From Camelus ferus (Eukaryota): a DNA stretch of 64,000 bases. The DNA lies in assembly GCF_009834535.1 (NCBI RefSeq), contig NC_045697.1:26538001-26602000 (forward strand). Reading direction: 5' to 3'. The notes under the pieces are model-generated. The model did no database searches. It had not been told where the DNA came from and worked only from the letters and a program-made list of their open reading frames with translations. The translations under genes were made by a program, and so were the position numbers. Positions 39,031 through 52,600 of the stretch are shown piece after piece; within the stretch, counting starts at the first letter, position 1; the number at the start of each line of letters is the position of its first letter.

Positions 39031-41742
39031 TATTTGACATTATCATGTCCAAGACATTGTATAAACATTTGATAAATAGCATTTACTTTTATTATTATTC
39101 TAATAAATATGTCATATTTTAATGTATACCAGGAACTATGCTAGGAGTGAAAAGAAACCAAAAGAGCGTAACAGTATCTCTTGTCTTTCAAAAGCAGTAG
39201 CCATATTGATATATGTGACCATATTTATATACAAATATTCCTTCTCTAAGCATGAAGATTCTAAGGGGTTAGAAGAGGTTGAGTATGTGCCCAAGTTTCT
39301 ACATCAGGTAGAGGTTTTATTAAAAGCCAGCTCAGTGCCATTTCTTTTGGACTTAGGCAAATACAATGTTCCATAATATAATAAAAAATATGAACAATTG
39401 TAAATAAAATTTCCCACATGACTTTCCAAAACCCACACCAGCAACAGGGCTATGTGAGAGAAACAACAATAGAGGAAAATTTCAATATGAAGTATGACAT
39501 ATCTTCTGCAGTCTGATAAATTACTTGTATTACTAACCCAGACTACCCCCAATGGATTTGTGAGTAAAAATAGTAAGAGCAATACCTAAATCAGTTACCA
39601 GATCTGCTTGCAGCCATGTTTGATTCTGCAACCAGACATCTGCCCATAGAAGGAACAACCCTATTCTTCATAGCAGAAGAAAGAAACTTGGTCAAACCTT
39701 ACCACTTATGTTCCTTTATTGTAATCTTTATCTGTGCAAGTTTGAAATCACTTTGTATATATTTTGAAGGAGTCCTTTCATCCCTGCTGTCTCTGATTCC
39801 TGCTTCCTCCCTCCAAAGTTATCATTTTCAAAAAAATATCTTTTATCTTCATTTCTCTTTCATAAAATGGGCATGGTGAATCACTAATTCAGGACATCTA
39901 CAATATATCCACAGAAGAGAAATTTAATTTGCAGAGTTCAGCCAAATCCCTTAGGATGGAAACGTGTCAAAAAGCTGTGGAATTGTTTCTGAGACAGACA
40001 ACAGACAGCACATAGTTCACTACTGTGTCAGATGATTTTTGTTTGCAGATGTAAGGATGAGGAGTGATACCACATTTCAGCAGCAGAAGAGCAATAAAAA
40101 GGCAGAAGGCATTGATAATAACATACAGGAGTAATATTGATGGCTATAATTTATTGCATGCTTACTCATGCAAGAACTATATTACATGTTTTTCAAGGAC
40201 TTAGTCCTCACAATAAAACCCTGTCTAGTATTAGTATTTTATTATAGCTTCCCTGTTGCCACCCAGCAAATAGGTGGTGGAATTTCAATTTGGACCCACC
40301 TTGGGCATTCAGCAGCCTAGGGCTACACAGGGGTGTACACAGCTACAAATGGGGGTGGAGTGGCCAGCAGAGAGATTCTGAGGAAGCAGATCTGTAGCAG
40401 AGATCTACTGCACAGAGCCCACTCCGTGTACACAGACCATGGCTTTGGAGAAACCCATATCCTAAATATTGTGGGTTAAGCTTAAAGTCCCATCAGATAA
40501 CCAGATATATCCTCAGTAGAGGAAGTAAAATTCAGTTAAATAGAAACTTTCATTAAGTTGCAATCCCTATGTTTATTAGCCTTTTTGTTATTTCTTTCTG
40601 TCTTTTTTTTCCTTTTCTGCAACTCAGACAACTTTCTAGGTCACTCATTTGAAAATAACTCTACAGAGATTGTAAGTAGCTAATTGAACTTTAGCACCTT
40701 CTGCCTCAGAAATGTACTGCTTAAAAAAGAGAGAAAGAGAAAAACAAAGAAAAGAGTACATTAACTGTGACTCTAGACAACTCTAAGTCAAATCATCTTT
40801 CACTCAGCTGGAAGGAAACTAGAGCACAATGTGTAAACTACATAGATTTTATTTCATTTATCTTAAAAATGTTTTCTTTTAACTGAAAATAATAGTTACC
40901 TGGATATCAATATTAAGTAAAATTTATTTTGCCTATGTTCAGAAGTTCCTTCCTCCTTAGACAGACTGTAGAGGCACATGTTTCTTTTGTTCTAAACAAT
41001 TCAGTGACGTTTGAAGCTGACAGGATATTGATTGGTTGGGAATATCTATGACTCTCCTTCCTCAGCTAATGAGAAAGAAAGGGATCTCTGAAAGGAACGA
41101 TGTAGTGGGCACTGTGCCCCAGGGACACAGAAATATCACTGAGATTTAGGTTCGTGGCTCCCAGGGTTTTGTTTTTTTGTCTGAAAAGTCACAAAATTAA
41201 AACTTTTTCCACTTTTCCAAAGATTGAGGTTAATTCAGCCTTAAAGAAGACACACATCTTCACTAATAACACTAATATGAAAAAAGTCTATAAAGAGACA
41301 CATTCTCAGCAACATTCACCTTTAAAAATAGGCAAACTCTTCTGCCCATAGTGGATATGCCCAAATTCTGGAGAATCAGAAATGTTCAAAGCTATTAGAA
41401 GTTTAATTTAAACCAGCATTTGCCCAATAGGATATACTGCTGACTTTCTAAGCTTTCAATATAATCTTGGCAGTACAACAGCCAATAGTTATGAAGATGA
41501 ATATACAGAACTTCCCCTTGTCATGCTCCTGCTTTGTGGCCTGGTGAGTCAGCTCTAGATTAGCCTTTGTTACACAGAAAGTGACCGAGAGAAAGTAAGA
41601 GCTGGAGACAAGCCTGTACTACGCATGGGGTCAAGTCCAATGAGATGGGTTCTGTTTTGATATACAGTGTGCTATGCTTAGGTTGGAGGTGACAGGACCA
41701 GCAGGCCAACAATGGGACTGTGTGGTTTGTCAAAGGAAAAGT

Positions 41743-41798
41743 TGTTTTTGCTTTGTTTTGGTTTGGTTTTTTTGTTTGTTTTTTGTTTTTGTTTTTGT
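41743..41798. repeat. (GTTTT)n simple repeat
   Basis: tgtttttgctttgttttggtttggttttttgtttgtttttt... Confidence 0.85.
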
Positions 41799-42464
41799 CC
41801 CCCCCACCCCACCCCACACTGAAAGCTTAGAGAAAAACACAATAGCTGTGTCTATACTTTGGAGACAATTTTTGGTTGGAAACAGTTGTGTGGAGAGAAC
41901 GTTTAAGACATTTGCTAAACACTGAGTATATCATAACTACCCAAACCCCACTCCATCTCAACTTTGGTTTTCTTGAGACACTGACTAGATATATAAATAT
42001 CTTTTAATAATATTTTTCTGTCAGTCTGCTGTTTCTGTGAATAAGACATCCTGTTATATAAACTCCCCATTATATTTAGGTTGTAGTGGTAACTTCTAAG
42101 ATAATAGTTTCCAACAGTCCCTCCAGTTCCATCTTCCCCTTTAAAAGCACAAAACAATTGGTAACAAACACTACCTTTAAAAAGAGAATTTACACATGAT
42201 TACTTCTTTTTTTTAACAGTCAAAGCTTTAATGATTTATTATATGAAGAGCTACTGGGAATTGATAGGAAAACTACTAAGATTTAATAGGTAAATAGAAA
42301 AAACACAAACATTTCATAAAAGAGGAACTAACATAAGCAAATGTAAAAATGATTTTTAGTATTGATTTTTTTTAATGTTTCTTTACAGGAAATAAAATTA
42401 ATTGATATACATTGTATATATACATTAAATATATGTATACGTTTAAAGAGTTGTGCTCATATTC

Positions 42465-42860
42465 ATGTTGTGTGGCTTCTCAGCATCAATGGTCCCTTTC
42501 CTTAGAGCCCCACATCCAGTGTTATCCTCTTAGCAGGATACTGGAAGCTCCTTGCACCAGATGTTCCCCTCCCTACTCTGATATGCCAGGAGGTAAGCAC
42601 ATGACCCAAGCTGGGTCAATCAAATGCTTATTCCTGTGAATTCGACTCTTGACTGTAATGATAGAAGGACATAGAATGGCTGCAGTTTATTCATTATAAC
42701 AATGACTACTGAGTATTTCATGCTTTAACACCTTCTAAAGATAGCTGCCAGTCTATCTTCAGCCTTGCTTAGAACTCCGTCGCCATATATATTTAACAAA
42801 TTCTCTTTTTAGTTAAAGTATCCAGAATCTATTTTTACTGCCTGCATGCAAATAATCCTA
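42465..42860 (+). mobile_element. Old ERVL/MaLR-type LTR
   Basis: cacatgacccaagctgggtcaatcaaatgc ... ttaacaaattctctttttagttaaagtatccagaatc. Confidence 0.55.
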
Positions 42861-43140
42861 TACGTTTGAGTTGCATTTTGAAACTCACTTTTCTTCTGAG
42901 TCATCTGACTCATTGTTCAAACAGCTTTGACACTTAAATGTCATGAATTGTTGTTTCACATATATGTTATTATACCAAACAGCTGGTTAAGATATTGTAG
43001 TCATAATAGAGTCATTCTGAAAATGAATAAATACATTTGGTCAGTATGTTTGCAACTTCCTCATTGTCAGCCAGTTCCAGAGTCATAAATTTTGTTTATT
43101 GCTTCATTGAGAACTGTACCAGGATAGAATCGCTAAAAGA

Positions 43141-43234
43141 TCAAGCAGGCCAAACGTTACTTAGATGAGCATGCAAGGGCATGACCCTCAAGCAGGCGGA
43201 GAGTTACTTAGATGAGCATGCAAGGACATGACTC
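43141..43234. repeat. 47-bp tandem duplication (2 copies, 41/47 identical)
   Basis: tcaagcaggc(N5)gttacttagatgagcatgcaagg(g/a)catgac at 43141-43187 and 43188-43234. Confidence 0.95.
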
Positions 43235-43254
43235 TTGTCTTCTATCTTTTTGCC

Positions 43255-43410
43255 AAGTGAAGACTGGTCCACAGACCAGCATCATCATCACCTTGGCATT
43301 TGTTAGAAATGCACACCCTCAGGCCTTACTCTTGACCTGCTGACACAGAATCTGCATTTCAAACCATTCCACAAGATAGGTGTTTACACATTAAAGTTTA
43401 AAAAATTCTA
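43255..43410. mobile_element. MER5A-like MITE
   Basis: gaccagcatcatcatcaccttggcatttgttagaaatgca...cagaatctgcattt. Confidence 0.8.
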
Positions 43411-43719
43411 TCCTATCCCACTTTGCATATATCACATTATAATTTACTATTTTAAGTCTCTACTCTAACTATACTGGCAGATTGCCTCTATATAGGTCCT
43501 TTTCAAAGCACTTTAATATCAATTTTCTCTTCATTTTCATCATAATCCTGAGAGGTATGGGTAGGTAATATTGCTTCCCATTCTAAAAAGTCAAGAACTG
43601 AAGCCTGGAGAAGCTGACTGGTGAGGCCACACTGTAGAGTGGTGCAGTCAGGATTAGCGCAAAGGAGTCTGTAGTTAAAGAAGCAGTGTTGCCTCTGGAG
43701 TGACTATCCTGTTTAGTAA

Positions 43720-45180
43720 TCTTCTAAGAAGGAATCATTTCCACAGTGTCTCCTTTAAAGAGTTTGTTCAGCCTCTGCTTGTACCCACTAATGGGTCATG
43801 GACTTAATACTTCAAAAATCAGCTGTTCATTTGTGGACTATTTTAACATTTATAAAATTTCTCTTATTTGAAATGTGCTTCTCATCTTTGAGTCTAGAAA
43901 AAAAAAGAATGTTTTAATCTTTTCCCACAATAGCCCTTCAAATACCAGAAAAGAAATCTTTCTTTAAGTCTGTTCTTGTCCAGGGCAAATTATTTCAACC
44001 ATTCTCCAGTGACATATTGTCTAATTCCTCATCTTGGTTATCCCTATTAAGAACACTCAAGGTATGTGGGGTTCTTGTTTAAAAAAAAAAATTGCAAATA
44101 ACCTAGTACAGTCTGACCAGCATAAAGTAGACTGGGATAATTACTTCCATTAATCCAGACATTGAAATGATGCAGAAAAAATGTGTTAACAGCTCAGTGT
44201 TATAGCTCAGTGTTACAGCTCAGTTGTGACAGAAACCTGGATCTGGGCGAGAGAGTAGCACTCGGAGAGTTGTAGAACTCAGGTTTATTATGCCCGTGGG
44301 CCCAAAGGAGTTAACACTCCAAACTCTGGACCCCATCTGTAGGTTTACACAGGCTTTTATAGGCTGCCAGTTTACACTTTGCAACATCGTATGCAAGTAA
44401 GGTATAACAAAAGTTGACTAATGAGGAACAAGCTTTGTAGAAATGGACCAATCAGGAGGGAGAGAAATAACCAATCAGGAGTGAGGGAAATGGACCAGTC
44501 AGGAGGGAGAGAAGTAACCAAACAGGAATGAGCTCAGAGAACCAATAGAATTTTAGGGGTAAGTTCCACTTTCCTAGAAGTAAGCCATTCCAGAGGCAAA
44601 AAGTGAGATAGAGTCTCTTGGCCAGGGAACTGGATGGTGCTGGCAGGAGAGTAGTGGCCCTGCCTGGGGGTCCTGCTGGTCTGTTTGTATGGGGCTTCCC
44701 ACCTCACTACTGTTATTAAGGCTGCCTAAGATTCAGTCAGCCTTGGTAACATTCATATAATATTTTTGTCTTATACTGAGATTGTATCTTCATTTTCACA
44801 TAACCTTTTCTCTTGTCACGTTGCCGCCATCATATCTGTGAACTAGTATTTTTTGTTGTTTTTGGTGGTGGTGGTTAATTTTTGCATCTGATACAGAGCA
44901 TAACCCTTATTCAGAAATGTGTCATTGGTTATAGAGCATCATTCCAGACTCAAGGTCATTTGAAAACTTTGTTTTACTATGAAGGCTGGACCATGGGGGA
45001 AGATTCTTCTACTTTGAGACAACCAGAGCCAATTTTTTTCCTTTCTTCAGCCTCACAAACAAACAGTCCAGGCCCAAATAAATCTCTATGGATCAGCATA
45101 AGACCAGCCATCATCACCCCACTATCTACTAAGAACTGTTTAGGTTTTGAGAGGCCAGTTTCTCACCCTTCTTTCTGAAT
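43720..45180 (-). mobile_element. L3/CR1 fragment interrupted by a young LTR
   Basis: ttcagcctctgcttg, tagcccttcaaatac, tattaaggctgcctaagatt on both sides of the LTR. Confidence 0.5.
44163..44706 (-). mobile_element. Young ERV solo LTR
   Basis: TG...CA ends; minus-strand order: CCAAT-repeat array (44440-44546), TATAAAA (44355-44361), AATAAA (44284-44289), 13-bp triple repeat in U5 (44184-44223); left boundary uncertain. Confidence 0.8.
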
Positions 45181-46220
45181 TCTAAATCATTTGAGCAATA
45201 GGTAACAGATTCCGATAAACATGAAAATACAAGTTTTATTGCTCACAAAACTAATCAGGGACTGTAATTTAAAGCAGAGGCCAATATTGACTTTTGATGT
45301 CCATGCCCCTCTCTCCTTTCTCCCTCACAGGAAGCTGTCCTATGTAACACATGGTGGGCAGGAATAGAGAGAAGAACACATTCAGCCTATAGACAAGTGG
45401 CTTGGAAACAACCAATAAGAGGCAAGAAGGGGCAGTTCAATTAGACAGAACCCCTTTCCCTAATCTCAGTCATCAGATCAATCACTCCACCTCCAATGGA
45501 GAGAACCACTAAGGAGAGGAGGGCCAGGAATGTTCTCTCAATGTGTTCCCTGCTGGGGTGGAAAGTGGAAGCCACACTCCTCCCAAAATGGAAGGAACAA
45601 AATAATGTGTTCCCCCTAACAAGATGCCCATGAGTAGGGTGTTGATTCTGCCAGGCAGGCTGTTTGCTGTCTCTTGCATGAGATTTGTTCATTTCTCCCT
45701 CTAATCTTTTGCAAATACCACTGCTTGATTAGAATCCTTCCCCCTTCTCCACTAAAGGAAATCTCCCTGTGGCTCTGTTTACTTACAGGGAATACATTAT
45801 TTGAGTCATTGAATGTTGAAACACCTAAAAATAAAATTTGTTTCAAAGGCAGACATACCAAATTTAAATAGCTGCTGCCCATGAGATGGTATAAGGCTCT
45901 TAGGTATCCAGTGATCAAGGCCTTCACTCCTCATGCATGAAACACAGATTTAAAGACTGTTGCAATGCCCAATTCAGTCTCCCTGGAAGAAGTTAAGACT
46001 ATAACAAAACATCAGTGCAGGCATTAACCTATGTATATTCTTAGAAAAAAATGTAGGTAGTGATATGTTACTTTAAATTTTTCAAGAGTAAAATTATGAG
46101 TAGACATGTGTTATTAACTAGGCTAAATTTTAAAACAGTATAGGCTTAAAGCAACTTAACTCTGAGTTTTTATTTTACTTATAATATTTCCAAAAATTGA
46201 AAATCCACTCAAATTTAGAA

Positions 46221-46352
46221 CAAACGTCAGCAAATACTTTTTGTAAAAGGCCAGAGAGTAATTATTTTAGGCTTTGAGGTTCCTTTAGCCCCTGTTGGGA
46301 CTACTCGACTCTACTCTGCTGTTGGAATGTGAACACAGCCATGGACAATACA
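46221..46352 (+). mobile_element. MER58-like MITE (partial)
   Basis: gtcagcaaatactttttgtaaaaggccagagagtaattattttaggctttg...cagccatggacaatac. Confidence 0.8.
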
Positions 46353-46854
46353 CTTTTGAGATTGTATGCTCCTTAAATGACCAGCTTTTATCCAGATCTG
46401 ATTTACCAAACTGTGCCTCTTAAACGGGTTTGAATAGTTCTGCTGAAGATCTTTTCAACTTCTGGAGGTTTTACATCATTTATGCATAGCAAAAACTATT
46501 ATTTTCAAAAGGCAAAACTTTTTCTTTTTCCCAGGGTTATTAAAGTTTAATTATTTTGGACAGATGAAACATAATAAAATGTATAAACCAAATTTCTGCT
46601 TGGTCCAAAGCTAAGTCTGACATCCTGCACATTTAAACAATAAAGGGAACATTAGGTGTTTGGTAGAGGACTCACTAGATGGAAATTCTTTGGTGAGTTA
46701 GTTCCTTAGGAAGAACCTAGAATTGTGAAGCTCTATGTTAAGTAAGAGAACCCTGTGGCTTCCACTCTAGAGACTCATGAAGTATCTGCTTTATATGCTT
46801 AGTTTTTATTCTGAGATGCTTCTACTATAGATAATAAACGAAACAAGTAGGAAG

Positions 46855-47045
46855 AACGTTAATATATTAATCATTACTAATATGTTATAATGTTATCAAT
46901 ACATTTTAATTATGTTAATATTTAATACTGCAACACTATATAATGCTGTATTATTATTTTCTATTAAACTATATTTGATATTATCAAATTCTTATCATTT
47001 TAATAATGTAATAATCATGAACATATTAATGATATTATTATTCAG
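46855..47045. repeat. AT-rich low-complexity tract
   Basis: taatatattaatcattactaatatgttataatg... Confidence 0.7.
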
Positions 47046-47719
47046 ACATAGGCCTAAGGACATATACACACTGTCTTGGACACATAATACCAATTTCTAT
47101 CTAAATATTAGAAAGTTTTGTTGGAAGACAGAAATCCTAATTTGTATTTGAAGATAAAATGGAAACTATTATTTTAGCTATGGACATTTTCTCACCATGA
47201 TCCAAGTTTAAATACCTATTTTTTTTTCTTTTCTCAATTCTAACCCCAAAGAAACATGTACAGAAGGAAGAAACGAGTAATGCAAAGTAAGACAAGGTTT
47301 GTCTTTCCATTACCGTCTAGAGGTTTTGTCAAACTGCTCATTAATCAGTGCTATCTATTACTTTCAGACAATGATTGATAGTTATTATATTAAGAAATGT
47401 ATCAGGTTAAAAAATATTAGAATAAAAATATAAATAAATAAATAAACTGATCAAGATGATTAAGAATGATTTCTTCTGCAGTTATTGACAATGGCAGTCT
47501 ACATTAGGTCAGCCAATGATGTTACCTACTCAAAGACACTCTGCTGAGACATGTCTTATTCACTGTGGGGGAGTGAACAAGGGGAAATGATGCTGAGCCC
47601 GGGCCAGTTCTTTGTGGAAAGCGGGACACACACGAGCTCCAAGCGTGTATGCAGAGAGGTGGTTGTCTTGATGGCCAGTGGTTTGAAGGACTTCCAAGTG
47701 AAGGCTAGAAATTATGGGC

Positions 47720-47925
47720 ACAATTTCTCACAAATATGAACACAATGTGGCTCACATGCAATTGACATCAGAATCACAAAGATTAAGTATTTAAAATGCA
47801 GATTCCTGGTTCCCTCTTCAGAGTGACTCCATGAAAATCTCTGGAATTATGGCCCTGGAATTTGCCCATGTTTTTCATCATCTCTGATGGATTTTATGCA
47901 TATGAAAGTTTGAAAAGCACTGAAT
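47720..47925. mobile_element. MER5-like MITE
   Basis: catcagaatcac...aaaatgcagattcctgg...gaaagtttgaaaagcactg. Confidence 0.75.
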
Positions 47926-49239
47926 CAGTGGCTCATGCTGTAGAATGGTCTACTGTTTCATACTCCACTAGAGATTTCAAATAATGACCTGTTGGGTCTT
48001 AGGAAGGTCTTGTGCTTATTTGAAAGGCAGATTCTCCAAGCCTACTTGCACAAAAGCATTGATTCTTTATTACCTTGGAGTTGTTGACCTTGGCAGAGTA
48101 AGAGTACCCTGATTTATGCATAAAGTGTGGAGGGTTTCTGTATTTTTCTGGGGTAAAGGTGTTTAGTCTTTATCAGATTTTCAAATAGCTCCCTAACTCT
48201 CTCCTAAATTTCTGGATCACTGGACTAAAGGAATCAAACTCATATAATTGCAACTGATTTATTCTATTGTATATTTCATTTACCATGTTCAGAACAGCAG
48301 GTCATTTGCTTGATGACAAGAAGAATTTGTCCATAAAATGTTTTGCAGCATTTTATCTTAAGTGTTTCATTTCCCAAATTATCACCTATTTCTGAAGTAA
48401 AATACCCTACATATCATCAAGCTAATATCAGAAATCTGGTTCTAAATGTTCAATCAATTGAATGCAAAATTCATATCAAGAATAGGAAATAGCTAAACTT
48501 AAGATCACAGAATACATCCTCTATTTCCCACTGTCTGTCTATAACAGCTTTTACTTCCATAAAAAGGAAGAGGGTTTTGTGACTGAAATCACCTGATTTT
48601 TGTTCTAGCATTATCTCACTGGAAGTACTGTAAATCTCCATTGTTGTGTGGTAGTCTTTGTGCAAGAGGTTGTAACAAGAAGAAATGAAGCTAAGTGAAA
48701 GTGAATAAGGATAGAACCTACAGCTATTTATAACATTGTGATTCTGGGTTAGTGATAAAAAAGCTTTATTTATGTCTAGTTAATAATATTGTGTCTGGAA
48801 AGACAGCCTTAGACAAAACAGATGAGTTCTCTATAATGTGAATTTTACAAAAGACAAATTCTTTCCTTAATATATACATAAGCAAATAACTATTGCAAGC
48901 CAATATTCTCTGATGACAGAGTCAGAACTTAAATTTTGGCATATATTAATAGTACAAATAGTAAATCTAGGTAAGAAAGAAGTGCTTGATTCTCTTTGAA
49001 TACAAAGGAGACAAAACATTTGGCTCAGGAAAACTGCCTCAGAGCAAAATCCTGGGCCCTTGGACACTGCAGAGATAAGCTTAAGTTCAAATGTTAGTTT
49101 TCCACATGTGTTTGCCACTTTCTAGCTTATATTTCTAGTTACTAGCAATGTCTGTGACACAGAAAGAACACATAATAAATAATTCCTCAATAGTTACATG
49201 AATAAAAGACATTCACTAAAGAAGATAGAAGATAGTTGA

Positions 49240-49640
49240 GATTCTCATTATTTTAGGGTAAATAAATGACCTAAACGAAAAAAAAAAACAAAAACAAAAC
49301 TCAATGGCCCAATACAATACACTTTAATTCTAGCTCCCAGAAAGCTCCATGCATGATGATGGTATATACTGTTCCATGTAGCAGTTCAGAGACCAATATA
49401 AATTCTGGACTCTTCTTTCCTAGGAGTCCACATCTAACCATGAGGCGGAAGAGAGAGAATGGAGAAAAACATGAGAGATTTTAATAGGCCACTCCTGGAT
49501 GTGACATACATCACTTCCACCTACATTTCATCCATCAGATCTCCATTACATGGAGTGGGAAAAGTGGGCAGTCTGTGTACTGCAGGGTCAAGGGGAGGAA
49601 TAACGGGTTTCACTTAACAATTAGCTTATCTCTGCCATAC
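49240..49640 (-). mobile_element. Old MaLR LTR (MLT1J/K-like)
   Basis: cctggatgtgacatacatcacttccacctacatttcat...tctctgccatac. Confidence 0.6.
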
Positions 49641-52600
49641 CAGAATTAGGGCCAGCTCTTTCCTTAGGTAGTGAGAATGTATGTAAGTAATACCTACCTA
49701 CCTACCCATAGCCAACTCTAAGGTTACTTACATACATTGTGGTCTCTGCAGTGGGATTTTTTCACTAGCTACTATCCTAAGTAGTAAAATCAACCTGGTT
49801 GTAATCTCGAGCAAGGGAGACGCATGTTAATCTAACAGTTCAAGATGGACTCTTCTAAGATTCAGTTGTTACAACTACCTACCTCTTGGCATTTTTAACC
49901 ATTTATCCAGCAAGCTGTTTGACACTGAATCATACTTTAGTAGGATTGCCATTATAGTTCTGAAGCTCTTCCTAAAGAGTCCTAGGTTTTCTAAATAGAA
50001 CCCATCCTAATTCCCCTGTTCTTCCCATAAGTATTAATTAAGCAGTTGACCCTCTTATTCACACTGTTTTGACATGCACAGTGTGTGAAAAGCATAGTGA
50101 ACTAATGGAGTTATCTGCTTCAGTCTCATATATTCACCTCTTTGACCCTGTGGGACCATTTCTTAATGAAGACTATTAGCTGTATATACCAGTAAGGTTG
50201 AGATTTATACAGTTACCTCTCAAATCTCAGCTGCTCATTAGCAGACTGCCTCTTCAGCAGTTAAATGAATTAACCTATTTCCTACTTCATTGCTTTATCC
50301 ATTTTCATCTCTAACTTTTAATATATTATAATATGCCTTATATCCACAATACTGCTGGTTTGTGAGTACGGTTTCTGTGTTTAAAAAGAGACACTAAAAT
50401 TTATTTTTTGCTAACTATAACATCTTTCCCACTTGCCTCCCACCCTCCTCGTCCCATTCCATTTTTCTACATTTCTCCAGTATATGTGCATTGTTACTGT
50501 CAAAAAGCAATAAACCTCAATGCTTGTTAATAAACTTAAAAGATGCATTTCATCTTTCTTTGTTAAGGAAGAGTCATCTTTGGCAATCTTCATAAATTTG
50601 TCCCCAGAAAAAAAAAAAGTGTCTTGAGTTGGAACATTCATGTATTTGAGAGTATGTATGGGGGGAGGGGCTAGCATATTCTACCATGAAGAAGTACTGT
50701 GCATAAAGAGTATTTAGTAACTAAAGCATCAGAAACAAATCTCATAACTGAAAAGTTTATCTATAGGAATAACCATTACAACATGTTATATTTCTGAAAT
50801 ATGCTGTCCGTGTAACCTAGTTTAGAAAATGCTTGGTCTCTTTCATTCCCATCTGCTTTAGCCATTCATTTTAACTCTTCTGTGATATCTAGCTCCTGGA
50901 AACATTTTGGATTTCATACATTATTGGGTAAAAAAGGATGATAATAAGATATTTCCATTGTTCTACAAAACCTATGACTTGACAAATGCCTTAAATGCTA
51001 ATTTCAAAAATACTATGAACTGCAACAGCAATCTTCTTTCTTTTTCAAACATTGCAACGGAAGAGAGATTTTTTGTATCTCATGTCTTTTATTTCTTCTC
51101 CCCCTACCCCTGATGAAAGTAGTTTTTTAGTACAAATTTTATTGACAGTATCATATGAAAGGCATTAAACACGCAAATAAAACGTGTTGTGGATGCTCCA
51201 TCCTACAGAACCTACTATTATAGAAGATTGTGATGATTAGTGTTCAGAGACATCCACTATTGCCATCCTAAGATAAAGCCAGCAATCTTCAGGATGGAGT
51301 TGAGATTCTAGAGAACAGAGAAACTCAGAAGGGGTACTAGAAAAGAGAGATTATGGGATGCCAGATAGTAAAGAAACTCCAGAGAACCAAGCATCCAGCC
51401 AAGGTGACTGCATTGAATGTAACATTACCACCAAAACAACAAAAATTTATTTTGCATAAACCACTGAAAATTGTTATGTATTTATAATTGACTTCTGATA
51501 CAATTTTATGTTTATTCTTGACAATAAACTGTACCTACCCACCCTTCCAGACAGTGTTCACTAATTAAATAAATAATGTTATTTCCACTGACCATTGGCA
51601 AAATCTTCTAGTGGTGAATGTAAATTGGACAGAATGTAGTCATGTATTTGACAAAATCAGTTAGTCAAGAAAATGTTCAGACATTTCCTCGACAAGCTTA
51701 GACTTTCTAATGGGGCAATCAGTTTTGATCTTCTAGTGACCTTATGAGCAAACAGATTTATGATGCTTTTTATACATCTGCTACTCTTACCTCTTATTAG
51801 AAGCAGTTTCTCTAAATAAGGGTACTTTGATCATACATGCTTATAAAATATTGCAAAAAACAACAATGTGAATTCAAGAGGACAGCTCCAGCTTATTTTC
51901 AGGGGCATTAATATTATCCTTAAGTCTTTTTAAAATGATGTCCTTATGATTCAGTGGATGATTTTAGTGGCTTCTTATATCAGTCTTTACAAAATGTTAC
52001 ATTTTCCAGTTTACTCTTACTGTGCTGACTTTATAACCAACAGACTGAGCACATAAGCAAACAAAACACCCAAAGACAAAAAACAAAAACAAACAAAACC
52101 ACAGGTAGTAATTTGAAGTGATCAACTGAAACTGATCTTAGAACAGGATTATAGGTAAATTATCTGATAACATAGGACTCATATTAAGTAAATATCTCTC
52201 TCACTCCTTAAATATAATGAATTAATTCCTAAACAGTTTTGCCTAAGGAGAAAAGTATGTAACTAATAAATTTTCATTAATTTTTTAAGTTAGTACATTT
52301 CAATCAGTTGTTAAATCATACAGAATCTTAGTTGAAAGATACATATCATAGGCAATAAATTGAGAAAATGTTTCTGTTTGTGCTAAATGGTTTACCTACA
52401 TTTATGGTATATACTAAGTCAAAATTATGCACAATCACACACGTGTGCTACTAGTTGAAAATATTTTATATTTTGAGTTATATAATTATAGTATTTGATA
52501 AAATATCAGGTTACTTAAACTCATACACTAAAGTATAGATTAGCAATCTGAATTTCAAACTAAAAAAATTTATGATTTCCACATTTTCTTCAGTTGTACA

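Noticed and set aside
44184..44546. Regularly spaced short repeats resembling a CRISPR array
   Set aside because: Tandem units without unique spacers, inside a retroviral LTR in mammalian DNA.
51293..51403. Purine-rich exon-like segment (cag|gatgg ... aag|gtgact)
   Set aside because: Stops in all three frames and a weak pyrimidine tract.
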